DNA from: Maricaulis sp. D1M11
Lineage (GTDB): Bacteria; Pseudomonadota; Alphaproteobacteria; Caulobacterales; Maricaulaceae
Length of the DNA: 32,000 nt
Assembly: GCF_047308265.1 (NCBI RefSeq)
Contig: NZ_JBKQWY010000007.1
Coordinates: 269,896-301,895, forward strand
Reading direction: 5' to 3'
Shown here: in pieces, positions 8,357 through 17,532 of the stretch
Layout of the letters: the number at the start of each line of letters is the position of its first letter
How positions within the stretch are numbered: the first letter of the stretch is position 1
Made by a program: the position numbers and the translations under genes
Notes under the pieces: model-generated
What the model was told of the DNA's origin: nothing
The model's input: only the letters and a program-made list of their open reading frames with translations
Database searches by the model: none

Positions 8357-8914
8357 ATGCGTACACTTGCCCTTCTTGCTGCTGCTACCCTGCTCACCGG
8401 GTGCCAGAGTGTGTCCGACGCCCTGTCGAGCGCGCCGCCGAACGCGGGACCTTGCCCTACGGCGTTCTCGTTGTATGACGCGCATCGGGTGGTGGAGTTT
8501 GAAGGCGAGCAGGTCAACTACGCCAATGTGGGTTTCACGGGCGAGATCCTCAATGTGCGATCGCTGTGCTCCTATTACGATGAACGACCGATCTTGATCA
8601 GCATGGAGCTGGACATGGGGTTTGGTCGCGGTCCGGCCGCAGACAGCAATGTGCACACTTATGAGTATTTTGTTGCGGTCACGCGTCGCGATCGTGGCGT
8701 GATCACCAAGGAGAGTTTCCCGATCCAGGTGCGATTTGACGCTGATGAGGACCGGGTTTTCCTGACCGAAACCATCGACGCCATCTCCATTCCGCGTGCG
8801 AATGAGACCATTTCCGGCGGAAACTTTGAAATCCTCGTCGGCTTTGAACTGACGGAAGAGCAACTGGCCTATAATCGCAGTGGTCAGCGCTTCCGGGTCC
8901 AGGCCGGCCAATAA
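8357..8914 (+). CDS. Hypothetical lipoprotein
   Basis: ATG at 8357. Signal peptide with lipobox 'LLAAATLLTGC/QS'. The rest matches no family I recognise. The longer track ORF (from 7889) is antisense to ispH and is rejected. Confidence 0.6.
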   Translation: MRTLALLAAATLLTGCQSVSDALSSAPPNAGPCPTAFSLYDAHRVVEFEGEQVNYANVGFTGEILNVRSLCSYYDERPILISMELDMGFGRGPAADSNVHTYEYFVAVTRRDRGVITKESFPIQVRFDADEDRVFLTETIDAISIPRANETISGGNFEILVGFELTEEQLAYNRSGQRFRVQAGQ

Positions 8915-8947
8915 GCCTCGAATGCCGCAAGGTTAAACAGAACAGTT

Positions 8948-10714
8948 ATGGCCTCTATTGCCGATCAACTCAGCAATCTGCTGGGCAGCGCGTTTGAATC
9001 CCACGGTTTGTCGCGCGAGCTCGGGCGTGTCAGCCCATCCAAGAAAAACCCCGAACTGGCGCCTTTCCAGTGCAATGGTGCCATGCCGGCGGCCAAGCAG
9101 GCCGGCAAACCGCCGCGCGAAATCGCCCAGTCTATCGTGGATGCGATCGCCGACAGCGAACTCCTGGCATCTGTCGAGATTGCCGGGCCGGGTTTTATCA
9201 ATCTGACGCCGGCCCCGGCGATGTACCAGAACCGTGCACGAGAGCTTGCGGGTGATGCGCGCTCGGGAGTCGCGCGTGTGGATGAGCCCCAAAAGGTGAT
9301 GATCGATTTTGGTGGACCGAATGTCGCCAAGCCGATGCATGTGGGTCATTTGCGCTCGTCTGTCCTGGGGGACAGCCTGCAACGGATCTTCCGCTTTCTG
9401 GGTCATGAGGTCGTGTCCGACATTCACCTGGGCGATTGGGGGCTGCAAATGGGCCATCTGATCACCGAGCTGAAAGAGGAACAGCCTGACCTGGTTTACT
9501 TCGACGCCGAGGTGACCGAGGGCTACCCGTCTGAGCCGCCAGTCGATATCGAAGATCTGGCGCGGCTCTATCCGCAAGCGTCCAGCAAGGCGAAGTCGGA
9601 CGAAGCGCGTCTTGAACTGTCCCGTGAGGCGACGGCGGAACTTCAGGCCGGGCGTGCGGGCTATCGCGCGCTCCTGCGTCATTTTATCAATGTCTCCATC
9701 GCGGCATTGAAGCAGGATTTTGGAAATCTGGGTGTGCATTTCGACCTGTGGAAGGGCGAGAGCGATGTGGATCCGCTCATTCCGGCCATGGTGCAGGATT
9801 TCAAGGACCGCGGTGTCGCCGAGGAAAGCGATGGGGCCTGGGTGGTGCGTGTTGCCCGTGAAGGCGACAAAAAGGAACTGGCGCCGCTGATCCTGGTCAC
9901 GCGGGGCGGGGCCGCGCTCTACGGCACGACAGACCTGGCGACGATTCTCGATCGCAAACAGGCCGAGGCGCCGGATCTCACGCTCTACGTGGTCGATCTG
10001 GGCCAGTCGGACCATTTCGAACAAGTGTTCCGGGCTGCAGACAAGGCTGGCCTGGCCGCCGATGGCGCGCTCGAGCATGTGAAATTCGGGACGGTGAATG
10101 GTCCGGACGGAAAGCGGTTGCGGACCCGGGATGGCGGCACATTCCGTCTGGCGGATCTGATCGGTTCGGCTATCACCCGGGCCGGTGAGCGCCTGGACGA
10201 AGCGGGTCTCGCCAAGGATGGGGACGCGGACGAGAAAGCAGCCACGGCGCGCATGGTCGGCCTGGCGGCCATCAAGTTTGCTGATCTGCAAAACTATCGC
10301 ACGACCAATTACATTTTCGACCTGGATCGGTTTACCAGTTTCGAGGGCAAGACCGGCCCGTATCTCTTGTACGCGGCTGTGCGGGTGAAGTCGCTCATGC
10401 GCAAGGCGGAAGCCGAAGGTGTGACGGCCGGTGATATTCTGGTCCATGCTGATGAAGAGCGCGATCTTGTGTTGGCCCTGGATGCCTTCGGTGCAGCTGT
10501 GGATCAGGCCGCTGAAAATCGTGCGCCCAATGCGCTGTGTGACCATGTGTTCACGCTGGCCCAGGCGTTCTCGAAGTTTTACGCAGCCTGTCCGGTTCTG
10601 ATTGCTGAAGATGAGCAGACCCAGGCTTCGCGCCTGGCTCTGGCCCAGACCACGTTGACACAGCTTGAACTGTGTCTGGACTTGCTAGGCCTGGAAGCTC
10701 CGGAGCGGATGTAG
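8948..10714 (+). CDS. argS: Arginine--tRNA ligase
   Basis: 588 aa. Class I HIGH motif 'PMHVGHLRS', 'ILVTRGGAALYGTTDLATI', anticodon-binding C-terminus ending in '...ERM'. Confidence 0.93.
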   Translation: MASIADQLSNLLGSAFESHGLSRELGRVSPSKKNPELAPFQCNGAMPAAKQAGKPPREIAQSIVDAIADSELLASVEIAGPGFINLTPAPAMYQNRARELAGDARSGVARVDEPQKVMIDFGGPNVAKPMHVGHLRSSVLGDSLQRIFRFLGHEVVSDIHLGDWGLQMGHLITELKEEQPDLVYFDAEVTEGYPSEPPVDIEDLARLYPQASSKAKSDEARLELSREATAELQAGRAGYRALLRHFINVSIAALKQDFGNLGVHFDLWKGESDVDPLIPAMVQDFKDRGVAEESDGAWVVRVAREGDKKELAPLILVTRGGAALYGTTDLATILDRKQAEAPDLTLYVVDLGQSDHFEQVFRAADKAGLAADGALEHVKFGTVNGPDGKRLRTRDGGTFRLADLIGSAITRAGERLDEAGLAKDGDADEKAATARMVGLAAIKFADLQNYRTTNYIFDLDRFTSFEGKTGPYLLYAAVRVKSLMRKAEAEGVTAGDILVHADEERDLVLALDAFGAAVDQAAENRAPNALCDHVFTLAQAFSKFYAACPVLIAEDEQTQASRLALAQTTLTQLELCLDLLGLEAPERM

Positions 10715-10888
10715 CGGTTCACAATCCCTCTGGTCTTCCGCAGCGGGAACGACTAGGTTTGGTATGTCTATTACAGGGCTTTAAAGATTCTTCGTCTAAC
10801 CTGACGCCAGCATCTTGAAGTCGAGCCTGGGAGTTGCACAATGCGTGGTGAAAAAGACGTCTGATTTGTCGGCTATTCGGGGGATGCG

Positions 10889-11905
10889 ATGGAACGGCCT
10901 TGGGTGTTCGTCGCACGCTTCCTCGTACAGGCAGGACTGGTATCCGCGCTTTGGTTTTTCCCCTTAAGGCTCTGCCTTAAAGACATCTTCCTTATCAAGT
11001 TCGAAATTTGGGGCCATGTGAACGGCCTGACCGTCACGGCGCTTATCCTGTGGCTGGTCGAGGATGCGATCTGGCGTCGTCATCTGGTTTATGCCCGCTG
11101 GGGGTTTCGAGAGCCGGTCATGCGCCCGGTCCTGCGCTATCTGCGGACCTTCCTGGCGATTGGTTTGCTCGTGCTGGGCTGGGCCGGTGCCATCCATGCA
11201 CATCTGCACACCGGCACAGCCGATGACTGGAGATATTGGGCGTCGCTGGGTGTACTGGTCTCGACCTCGGTGGCCGCGCTCGGCTGGATGCTCTCCTCAT
11301 ACCGCTCGCAGCAGGCTGCGAGCATTGTGGATACCGAGGCGGTCATACGGGACATTCTGCAAGACCCCTATAATGTGAAGGTTAAGCGCCTGAGCATGAT
11401 GATCTATGACACGCTTCTGCTCTGGCAGAAGCGGCATTCCAACGCCTTCGCCGACCGGGCCCTGCCGCTGGAGATGCTGGATCTCTCGCTTGACGAATTC
11501 TACCGCACGCTTGGCCACCCGGGGACAAACAACCTCGATATCGATACGCTGATCCTGCATCACGGACCCTGTTCTCGTGTCATCTACGAGTATCTCAACA
11601 CGCTCGAGCGCATTGCACTGGGGGTCCGTTCCGGCCGACTCGACTTCAGCTATACCTATGAAGCCCTGTTTGAAGTAATCGAGGGCGGCTATGCGCGCTG
11701 GCGCCTCGTGCTGGAGGCCGAATTCAAGGATCATGTCGTGGACGTGCCGGGCCAGAAATATCGCAGCGCCACCGAGAAATGTGTCTATGAGAATTTCTAC
11801 TGGCTAGCACTGAAAGTGTTCGAGAAGCGGTATGGCGGCCAGGATGCGGAACTTGAAGAGCGCATGAATGGCATGATTATCGATCTCAACCGCAAAAGGT
11901 TCTGA
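10889..11905 (+). CDS. Orphan multi-pass membrane protein with DUF4760-like cytoplasmic C-terminal domain (function unknown)
   Basis: 338 aa with about four N-terminal TM helices (WVFVARFLVQAGLVSALWFF, LTVTALILWLV, LRTFLAIGLLVLGWAGAI, ASLGVLVSTSVAALGWML). The ~190-aa soluble tail, 'VIYEYLNTLERIALGVRSGRLDFSYTYEALFEVI...YENFYWLALKV', resembles the DUF4760 pattern from memory. GGGGGA SD lies 4 nt upstream of the ATG. GC is patchy and lower than the neighbours. Confidence 0.6.
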   Translation: MERPWVFVARFLVQAGLVSALWFFPLRLCLKDIFLIKFEIWGHVNGLTVTALILWLVEDAIWRRHLVYARWGFREPVMRPVLRYLRTFLAIGLLVLGWAGAIHAHLHTGTADDWRYWASLGVLVSTSVAALGWMLSSYRSQQAASIVDTEAVIRDILQDPYNVKVKRLSMMIYDTLLLWQKRHSNAFADRALPLEMLDLSLDEFYRTLGHPGTNNLDIDTLILHHGPCSRVIYEYLNTLERIALGVRSGRLDFSYTYEALFEVIEGGYARWRLVLEAEFKDHVVDVPGQKYRSATEKCVYENFYWLALKVFEKRYGGQDAELEERMNGMIIDLNRKRF

Positions 11906-12274
11906 AAACTGCCGCCTTAACGCGGATGACCCCGGAAACTCGCTGCCAATACTCGGAATAGTAGGTGATGACATCTGCGGGCCGGTCGACCCTGATTCTG
12001 GAATATCGTTTTGTCGTAAGGGCCAACACCTAGCGGAGATTCGTGTCAGGCGTGCATAATCGAAGAGTGCGGCTGGCGCATGCATGTCGCGTGATACACG
12101 GAAATAGGGGGTGAATGTGCCAAGTCTTCGCGCAAACCGGGACGGGTCTGCCGCGAGATGAAACGGGATTTTTTATCTCCCCGATTTTCTTGTTTTTGAC
12201 AGAGGTGTGACGTTGACTTCAGGACCTTTCGTCATAAAGTCCGGCTCGTTCCCGGGGGCTCCCCGGGGCATACT

Positions 12275-12482
12275 ACTTTCTCGCGGGAGAGACCGGCGAA
12301 TAAGCCGGCGCCGAAGGCGCAACCGCCCCGGAAACGCTCAGGCCAAGGGACCGCGGGAAAGATAAACGCTGGAAAGCGGGTCGGCGTAGGCCAGACCCCA
12401 CCGACGGAGCAAGCAGCGCCCTGAACCAGGTCTTCGACCTCAGGCTGGTGTGGAATCTCTCAGGTTATCGGGACAGCGGGGG
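12275..12482 (+). promoter_or_regulatory. Tandem glycine riboswitch (two aptamers) in the gcvT leader
   Basis: Aptamer 1: 'cGGGAGAGaccgg...ccggCGCCGAAGGCGCAAccgcc...CTCAGGCcaaGGGACcgcg'. Aptamer 2: 'CTGGAAAGcggg...CCACCGACGGAGCAAgc...CTCTCAGGTtatcGGGACAGcg'. Both carry the conserved glycine-aptamer cores, and the element lies directly upstream of gcvT. Confidence 0.88.
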
Positions 12483-12543
12483 CAAGGGCTGCGCGGACCC
12501 GTGTGTGCGCGCAGATCACCATTGCGCCAAGGATCCGATAGAC

Positions 12544-13650
12544 ATGACCGATACGCTCGACACCCTTCTTCAAACACCCCTTCACGCCCTGCACCTCGAG
12601 CTGGGGGGCAAGATGGTGCCGTTTGCCGGGTATGACATGCCGGTCCAGTATCCGCTGGGCATTATGGGCGAGCATAATCACACCCGCGCCAAGGCTGGCC
12701 TGTTCGACGTCTCCCATATGGGGCAGGCGCGTTATGTCGGCGACGAGGCGGCGCTGGAAAGCCTGATCACGGCTGACCTCTCCCAGCTGGGCGCCGGGGA
12801 ACAGAAATACACGCTTTTGCTGAATGAAAGCGGCGGCATTGTCGATGACCTGATGGTCTCGCGTCCGCAGGGCGAAGGCCTGTTTCTGGTCGTCAATGCG
12901 GCGACCAAGGACAATGATTTCAAGATCATTGAGACGGCGACGGCGGGTAAGGGCACGCTGACCCGTCTGGAGGACCGCGCGCTTCTGGCCCTGCAGGGCC
13001 CGGCTGCGAAGGATGTGATGGCTCGCCTGGTTCCGGCCGCGTGCGAGATGGTGTTTATGCAGTGCGGGGCCTTCGAGCTCGGCGGTGTCGAGGTCCTGAT
13101 CTCGCGCTCGGGTTATACCGGCGAGGACGGGTTTGAAATCTCCATCCCGGCAGACAAGGCGGATGCGATCGCCCGTGTCTTGCTGGCAGAGGACGAGGTG
13201 GAAGCCATTGGGCTGGGCGCGCGCGACAGTCTGCGACTGGAAGCGGGTCTGTGCCTGTATGGCCATGACATGGACGAGACCCGCAATCCGGTGGAAGCCG
13301 GTTTGATGTGGGCCGTCGCCAAGACCCGCCGCGAGCGCCGTGATTTCCCGGGCGCCCGAGAAGTCCTGGCAGAGCTTCTGGAAAAACATGGCCTCAAGCG
13401 TGTCGGCCTGCGCCTGTCCGGTGCGCCGGCTCGCGAAGGTGCCGAGATTGCCGCCAAGGATGGCGAGATCATCGGTGTCGTGACCTCGGGCGGCTTTGGC
13501 CCCACCGTCGGTGGACCGGTCGCGATGGGCTATGTGGAACGTGATTTCATCGAGCCGGGAACCGAGCTCGACATCATCGTGCGCGGCAAGCCGCGCGCGG
13601 CAGAAGTGACCAAATTGCCGTTTGTTCCGGCGAATTTCTATCGGGGTTAA
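12544..13650 (+). CDS. gcvT: Glycine cleavage system aminomethyltransferase (T protein)
   Basis: 'TPLHALHLELGGKMVPFAGYDMPVQY', 'GLFDVSHMG', 'SRSGYTGEDGFEI', 'GLGARDSLRLEAGLCLYGHD'. The start at ATG 12544 lies downstream of the riboswitch, with AAGGA ~10 nt upstream. The track start at 12448 falls inside aptamer 2. Confidence 0.92.
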   Translation: MTDTLDTLLQTPLHALHLELGGKMVPFAGYDMPVQYPLGIMGEHNHTRAKAGLFDVSHMGQARYVGDEAALESLITADLSQLGAGEQKYTLLLNESGGIVDDLMVSRPQGEGLFLVVNAATKDNDFKIIETATAGKGTLTRLEDRALLALQGPAAKDVMARLVPAACEMVFMQCGAFELGGVEVLISRSGYTGEDGFEISIPADKADAIARVLLAEDEVEAIGLGARDSLRLEAGLCLYGHDMDETRNPVEAGLMWAVAKTRRERRDFPGAREVLAELLEKHGLKRVGLRLSGAPAREGAEIAAKDGEIIGVVTSGGFGPTVGGPVAMGYVERDFIEPGTELDIIVRGKPRAAEVTKLPFVPANFYRG

Positions 13651-13689
13651 GCCCCATTCAGGCCTCCAAGACAGGGCAGGAGAAAAGTT

Positions 13690-14055
13690 ATGAGCACGCG
13701 TTATACCGAAGACCATGAATGGATCACCGTTGAGGGCGAGGTCGCCACGGTCGGCATTACCGCCTACGCCGCCGAACAGCTGGGCGATGTGGTCTTTGTC
13801 GAGCTTCCGGAGACGGGCAAGACCGTGTCCAAGGGTGATGAATTTGCCGTGGTTGAATCCGTGAAAGCGGCATCCGATGTCTACGCCCCGGTCGATGGCG
13901 AGATCGTGGACGCCAATGCCGACCTGGAAGGCGAGCCGGCGAAGGTGAATGAAGATCCGGCCGGCGCGGGCTGGTTCGTGAAGATCAAACTGTCCGATCC
14001 GTCCCAGCTTGAAGGCCTGATGGACGAAGCCGCTTATTCTGACCATATCGGCTAA
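13690..14055 (+). CDS. gcvH: Glycine cleavage system H protein
   Basis: 121 aa. 'YTEDHEWI', lipoyl-lysine motif '[13 protein letters not shown]', AGGAGA SD. Confidence 0.93.
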   Translation: MSTRYTEDHEWITVEGEVATVGITAYAAEQLGDVVFVELPETGKTVSKGDEFAVVESVKAASDVYAPVDGEIVDANADLEGEPAKVNEDPAGAGWFVKIKLSDPSQLEGLMDEAAYSDHIG

Positions 14056-14063
14056 GGGGCATT

Positions 14064-14510
14064 ATGAGTTTCGACGTCTACATCCAGGATATGGAAGCCC
14101 ATGTGGACCTGCCGCACTGGCAGGCCGCCCGGGCGAAGGCGTATGAGGCTCACATTGCCGGGATCTCGCAGGACAAGGTCGCCCTGACCTTGAAGTCCGG
14201 TGACGAGGTCGAGTTGTTCGACCAGGGCCAGCATGCTGGATGTATGGTGGCCCTGCACAGCCTGACCCCGGACGTCTGCGCGTTTCTGTTCGATCTTGTG
14301 GATCATTCCGGCCTCTTCATGTTGCCGACTATCGCTGAGCCCCGTGCCGTGCGGGCGCGCAACAATCCCCGTCCTCCTTTCCCGGACCGCTCGCTCCAGG
14401 AGCTGGAAATTGCGGACGGTGCCGAGCTTTATGCCTTTCTGTCGGGTGGGTACGACGCATGGTCGGCCTATCGGGATCAGCAGGTCGGGGCTCAGAAACA
14501 GGAAAACTGA
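14064..14510 (+). CDS. Hypothetical protein embedded in the gcv operon
   Basis: 148 aa. The ATG lies 8 nt after the gcvH stop, with AAGGGG SD. Its TGA overlaps the gcvPA ATG (TGATG at 14508-14512). Third codon positions are mostly G/C, as in neighbouring genes. I recognise no family motif. Confidence 0.6.
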   Translation: MSFDVYIQDMEAHVDLPHWQAARAKAYEAHIAGISQDKVALTLKSGDEVELFDQGQHAGCMVALHSLTPDVCAFLFDLVDHSGLFMLPTIAEPRAVRARNNPRPPFPDRSLQELEIADGAELYAFLSGGYDAWSAYRDQQVGAQKQEN

Positions 14511-15853
14511 TGCGTTACCTCCCTCATACAGATACCGACCGGAGTGCGATGCTTGATGCCATCGGCGTCGCCTCCGTGGATGACTTGTTCGCCGATGTGC
14601 CTGAACGGGCGCGTCTGGATGGCCTGATCGATTTGCCCAAAAAACAGGGTGAACTCCAGGTCGAGCGCGCGATGGCGGCGCTGTCAGCCAAGAATATCGC
14701 CGCCGGACAGGCGCCCTTCTTTGTGGGGGCTGGAGCGTATAAACACCATATCCCGGCCACCGTGGATCACCTGATCCAGCGGTCCGAATTTCTGACGGCC
14801 TACACGCCCTATCAGCCAGAGATTTCTCAGGGCACGCTGCAGACACTGTTTGAATTCCAGACCCAGGTTGCTGCGCTGACCGGTATGGATGTGGCCAATG
14901 CCTCCATGTATGACGGGTCAACGGCATGCGCCGAAGCGGTGATGATGGCGGCACGCGTCACGCGCCGCGACAAGGCTGTGATGGCCGGGACAGTGCACCC
15001 GCATTATGTCGAGGCGTCCCGGACGCTCGCCAAATACTCCTCCGTCGAAATTGCGGTCACGACACCGGGCCTGTCCGACCTGTCAGTCGTCATTGATGCG
15101 ATTGATGACGAGACCGCCTGCGTCGTCGTTCAGACGCCGGACGTGTTTGGCCGGTTGCATGATCTGCGGGCGCTGTCCGATGCAGCTCATGCCAAGGGTG
15201 CACTGGTGATTGCCGTCTTCACCGAAGCGCTCTCCATGGGTCTGGTGGAAGCGCCGGGCGCCATGGGCGCTGACATCGCCGTGGGTGAGGGCCAGTCCAT
15301 TGGGGTGGGCCTGAATTTTGGTGGTCCTTATGTGGGTCTGTTCGCCTGTAAGGAGGATCGTCGCTTCATTCGCCAGATGCCGGGGCGTCTGGCCGGTGAG
15401 ACGGTCGATGCCGATGGACGTCGTGGTTATGTGCTGACGCTGTCCACGCGCGAACAACATATCCGCCGCGAAAAAGCGACCTCGAACATCTGTACCAATG
15501 CCGGGCTGTGCGCCTTGGCCTGGACCATTCACATGACCCTGTTGGGCGAAAAAGGGTTCACCCAGCTGGCCCGTCTCAATCACGAGATCGCATGTGACCT
15601 GGCGGATGCTGTGTCGGCGATCGACGGTGTGGACGTGCTCAATGACAGCTTCTTCAATGAATTCGCGGTGCGGCTGCCCCAGCCAGCGGCCCGTGTGGTC
15701 GATGCGCTCGCGGAACGGGGCATTCTGGGTGGAGTGCCCGCCAGCCGTCTCTTCCCGGGCCTGTTCGAGGATGTGCTGATCCTTGCTGCGACTGAAACCA
15801 ATACGCCTGAGGATATCGCCGCTTTGACGGCCGCCCTTAAGGAGGTGCTCTAA
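14510..15853 (+). CDS. gcvPA: Glycine dehydrogenase (aminomethyl-transferring) subunit 1
   Basis: Starts '[20 protein letters not shown]', typical of GcvPA. '[18 protein letters not shown]', '[17 protein letters not shown]'. The track start at 14459 lies inside the upstream ORF. Confidence 0.92.
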   Translation: MRYLPHTDTDRSAMLDAIGVASVDDLFADVPERARLDGLIDLPKKQGELQVERAMAALSAKNIAAGQAPFFVGAGAYKHHIPATVDHLIQRSEFLTAYTPYQPEISQGTLQTLFEFQTQVAALTGMDVANASMYDGSTACAEAVMMAARVTRRDKAVMAGTVHPHYVEASRTLAKYSSVEIAVTTPGLSDLSVVIDAIDDETACVVVQTPDVFGRLHDLRALSDAAHAKGALVIAVFTEALSMGLVEAPGAMGADIAVGEGQSIGVGLNFGGPYVGLFACKEDRRFIRQMPGRLAGETVDADGRRGYVLTLSTREQHIRREKATSNICTNAGLCALAWTIHMTLLGEKGFTQLARLNHEIACDLADAVSAIDGVDVLNDSFFNEFAVRLPQPAARVVDALAERGILGGVPASRLFPGLFEDVLILAATETNTPEDIAALTAALKEVL

Positions 15854-17436
15854 TGCCGATGAATAATCAGGGTCGTCCGACACGCATGGACACCAACATC
15901 GCCACGGGTGGCTATGCCGACACCATCTCCGGCAGCCGCGGCCTGGACCAGGCTGAACCCTTGATCTTTGAACGCGCACACGCCGAGGCGACCACGGGCG
16001 TGGATCTGCCTGAGCCAAAAGGCACGCCTACACGACTGGGCGGTCTTGAGCGCGAGACCCGCATGGGTTTGCCCGGTCTCGCCGAACCGGAGGCTATGCG
16101 CCATTATGTGCGCCTATCGCGGAAAAACTATGCCATCGATCTGGGCCTTTACCCGCTTGGTTCGTGCACGATGAAACACAATCCGCGCCTCAATGAGAAA
16201 GTCGCGCGGATGCCGGGTTTCGCCGATCTTCACCCCATGCAGCCGGCCTCAACGGTTCAGGGCGCCTATCAGGTGATTGGCGAGCTGGGACACTGGCTGA
16301 TGACGCTGACCGGCATGCCGGCCGTCGCCATGTCGCCCAAAGCGGGGGCTCACGGTGAATTCTGCGGCATGATGGCGATCCGCGCCAAACTGGATGCCGA
16401 TGGCCAGCATCATCGTCGCCGGGTTCTTGTGCCGGAAAGTGCACACGGGACCAATCCGGCCACCGCGGTGCAATGTGGTTTCACCGTCGACGAAATTCCT
16501 GCGGACGAGACCGGCCGTGTCGATATGGAGGCCCTCAAAGCCAAGCTGGGTGATGATGTCGCCGGCATCATGCTGACCAATCCGAATACATGTGGATTGT
16601 TCGAGCGTGATATCCGCGAGATCGCCGACCTGATCCATGAATCGGGTGGTTACTTCTATTGTGATGGCGCCAATTTCAACGCGATTGTCGGACGGGTTCG
16701 CCCGGGCGATCTCGGTGTGGATGCCATGCACATCAACTTGCACAAAACCTTCTCCACGCCGCATGGCGGGGGTGGGCCGGGCGCCGGACCAACCGTTTTC
16801 TCCGACGCCCTGGCGCCCTTCGTGCCATTGCCTTTTGTCAAGGAAACTGCAGACGGATGGGATTTGGTCGAGCAGGAAGGGGAGGCCCCGGAGGCGGCTC
16901 AACCCTTTGGTCGCATGGCGGCGTTCCATGGCCAGATGGGCATGTTCACTCGCGCGCTGACCTATATGATGAGCCATGGTTCCGATGGCCTCAAACAGGT
17001 CGCTGAAGATGCCGTTCTGAACGCGAACTATATCCAGGCACGACTGAAACACGTGATGACCCCGGCATTTGACGGGATCTGCATGCACGAAGCCCTGTTT
17101 GATGATCGTTTTCTCAAGGACACCGGCGTCACCACGCTGGACTTTGCGAAAGCCATGATCGATGAGGGGTATCACCCGATGACGATGTATTTCCCGCTGG
17201 TGGTTCACGGCGCCATGCTGATCGAACCGACCGAGACGGAAAGCAAGTCCGGGCTCGATCGTTTCATCGACACACTGGAAGGCCTGGCCCTGGCCGCACA
17301 GGGTAATGACAAGGATCGCTTCCTCGCCGCGCCTGTTCATGCACCGACCAAACGACTGGACGAGACACGGGCGGCCCGCCAGCCGGTTCTGCGCTGGACG
17401 GCTCCGGCAGATGAGACACTGGAAGCGGCACAATAG
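15853..17436 (+). CDS. gcvPB: Glycine dehydrogenase (aminomethyl-transferring) subunit 2
   Basis: TAATG overlap with gcvPA and AAGGAGG SD. 'YPLGSCTMKHNP' and the PLP-lysine region 'NLHKTFSTPHGGGGPG'. Confidence 0.93.
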   Translation: MPMNNQGRPTRMDTNIATGGYADTISGSRGLDQAEPLIFERAHAEATTGVDLPEPKGTPTRLGGLERETRMGLPGLAEPEAMRHYVRLSRKNYAIDLGLYPLGSCTMKHNPRLNEKVARMPGFADLHPMQPASTVQGAYQVIGELGHWLMTLTGMPAVAMSPKAGAHGEFCGMMAIRAKLDADGQHHRRRVLVPESAHGTNPATAVQCGFTVDEIPADETGRVDMEALKAKLGDDVAGIMLTNPNTCGLFERDIREIADLIHESGGYFYCDGANFNAIVGRVRPGDLGVDAMHINLHKTFSTPHGGGGPGAGPTVFSDALAPFVPLPFVKETADGWDLVEQEGEAPEAAQPFGRMAAFHGQMGMFTRALTYMMSHGSDGLKQVAEDAVLNANYIQARLKHVMTPAFDGICMHEALFDDRFLKDTGVTTLDFAKAMIDEGYHPMTMYFPLVVHGAMLIEPTETESKSGLDRFIDTLEGLALAAQGNDKDRFLAAPVHAPTKRLDETRAARQPVLRWTAPADETLEAAQ

Positions 17437-17460
17437 CCGCGTCCGATTGTTGATCACGCA

Positions 17461-17489
17461 AAGGCCGTCCTGCAGGACGGCCTTTTTTG
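17461..17489 (+). terminator. Rho-independent terminator of the gcv operon
   Basis: Perfect 10-bp stem aaggccgtcc / ggacggcctt with a tgca loop, followed by tttttt. Confidence 0.88.
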
Positions 17490-17532
17490 TGGCCGATTTG
17501 ATCGGACAGGGCTTTAGTGAGGCATACAGATA

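Noticed and set aside
7088-8914. Plus-strand ORFs 7088-7867 and 7889-8914 overlapping ispH
   Set aside because: These are antisense shadows of ispH. Only the 3' part of the second one (from ATG 8357, with signal peptide and lipobox) looks like a real gene.
8933-10546. 537-aa minus-strand ORF antisense to argS
   Set aside because: This is a shadow ORF of a GC-rich gene. It has no recognisable motifs, and argS on the plus strand is unambiguous.
10964-10980. TTAA-N9-TTAA as a possible CtrA box
   Set aside because: CtrA boxes are TTAA-N7-TTAA, so the spacing is wrong, and the site lies inside a coding region. It is better described as a 7-bp-arm hairpin.
11804-12085. 93-aa minus-strand ORF in the spacer downstream of the orphan membrane gene
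   Set aside because: It overlaps the 3' end of the 10889-11905 gene by ~100 nt. It has no SD, and its sequence has no motif or compositional support.
12460-14046. 528-aa minus-strand ORF antisense to gcvT/gcvH
   Set aside because: This is a shadow ORF. It also runs through the riboswitch, and the plus-strand gcv genes explain the region.
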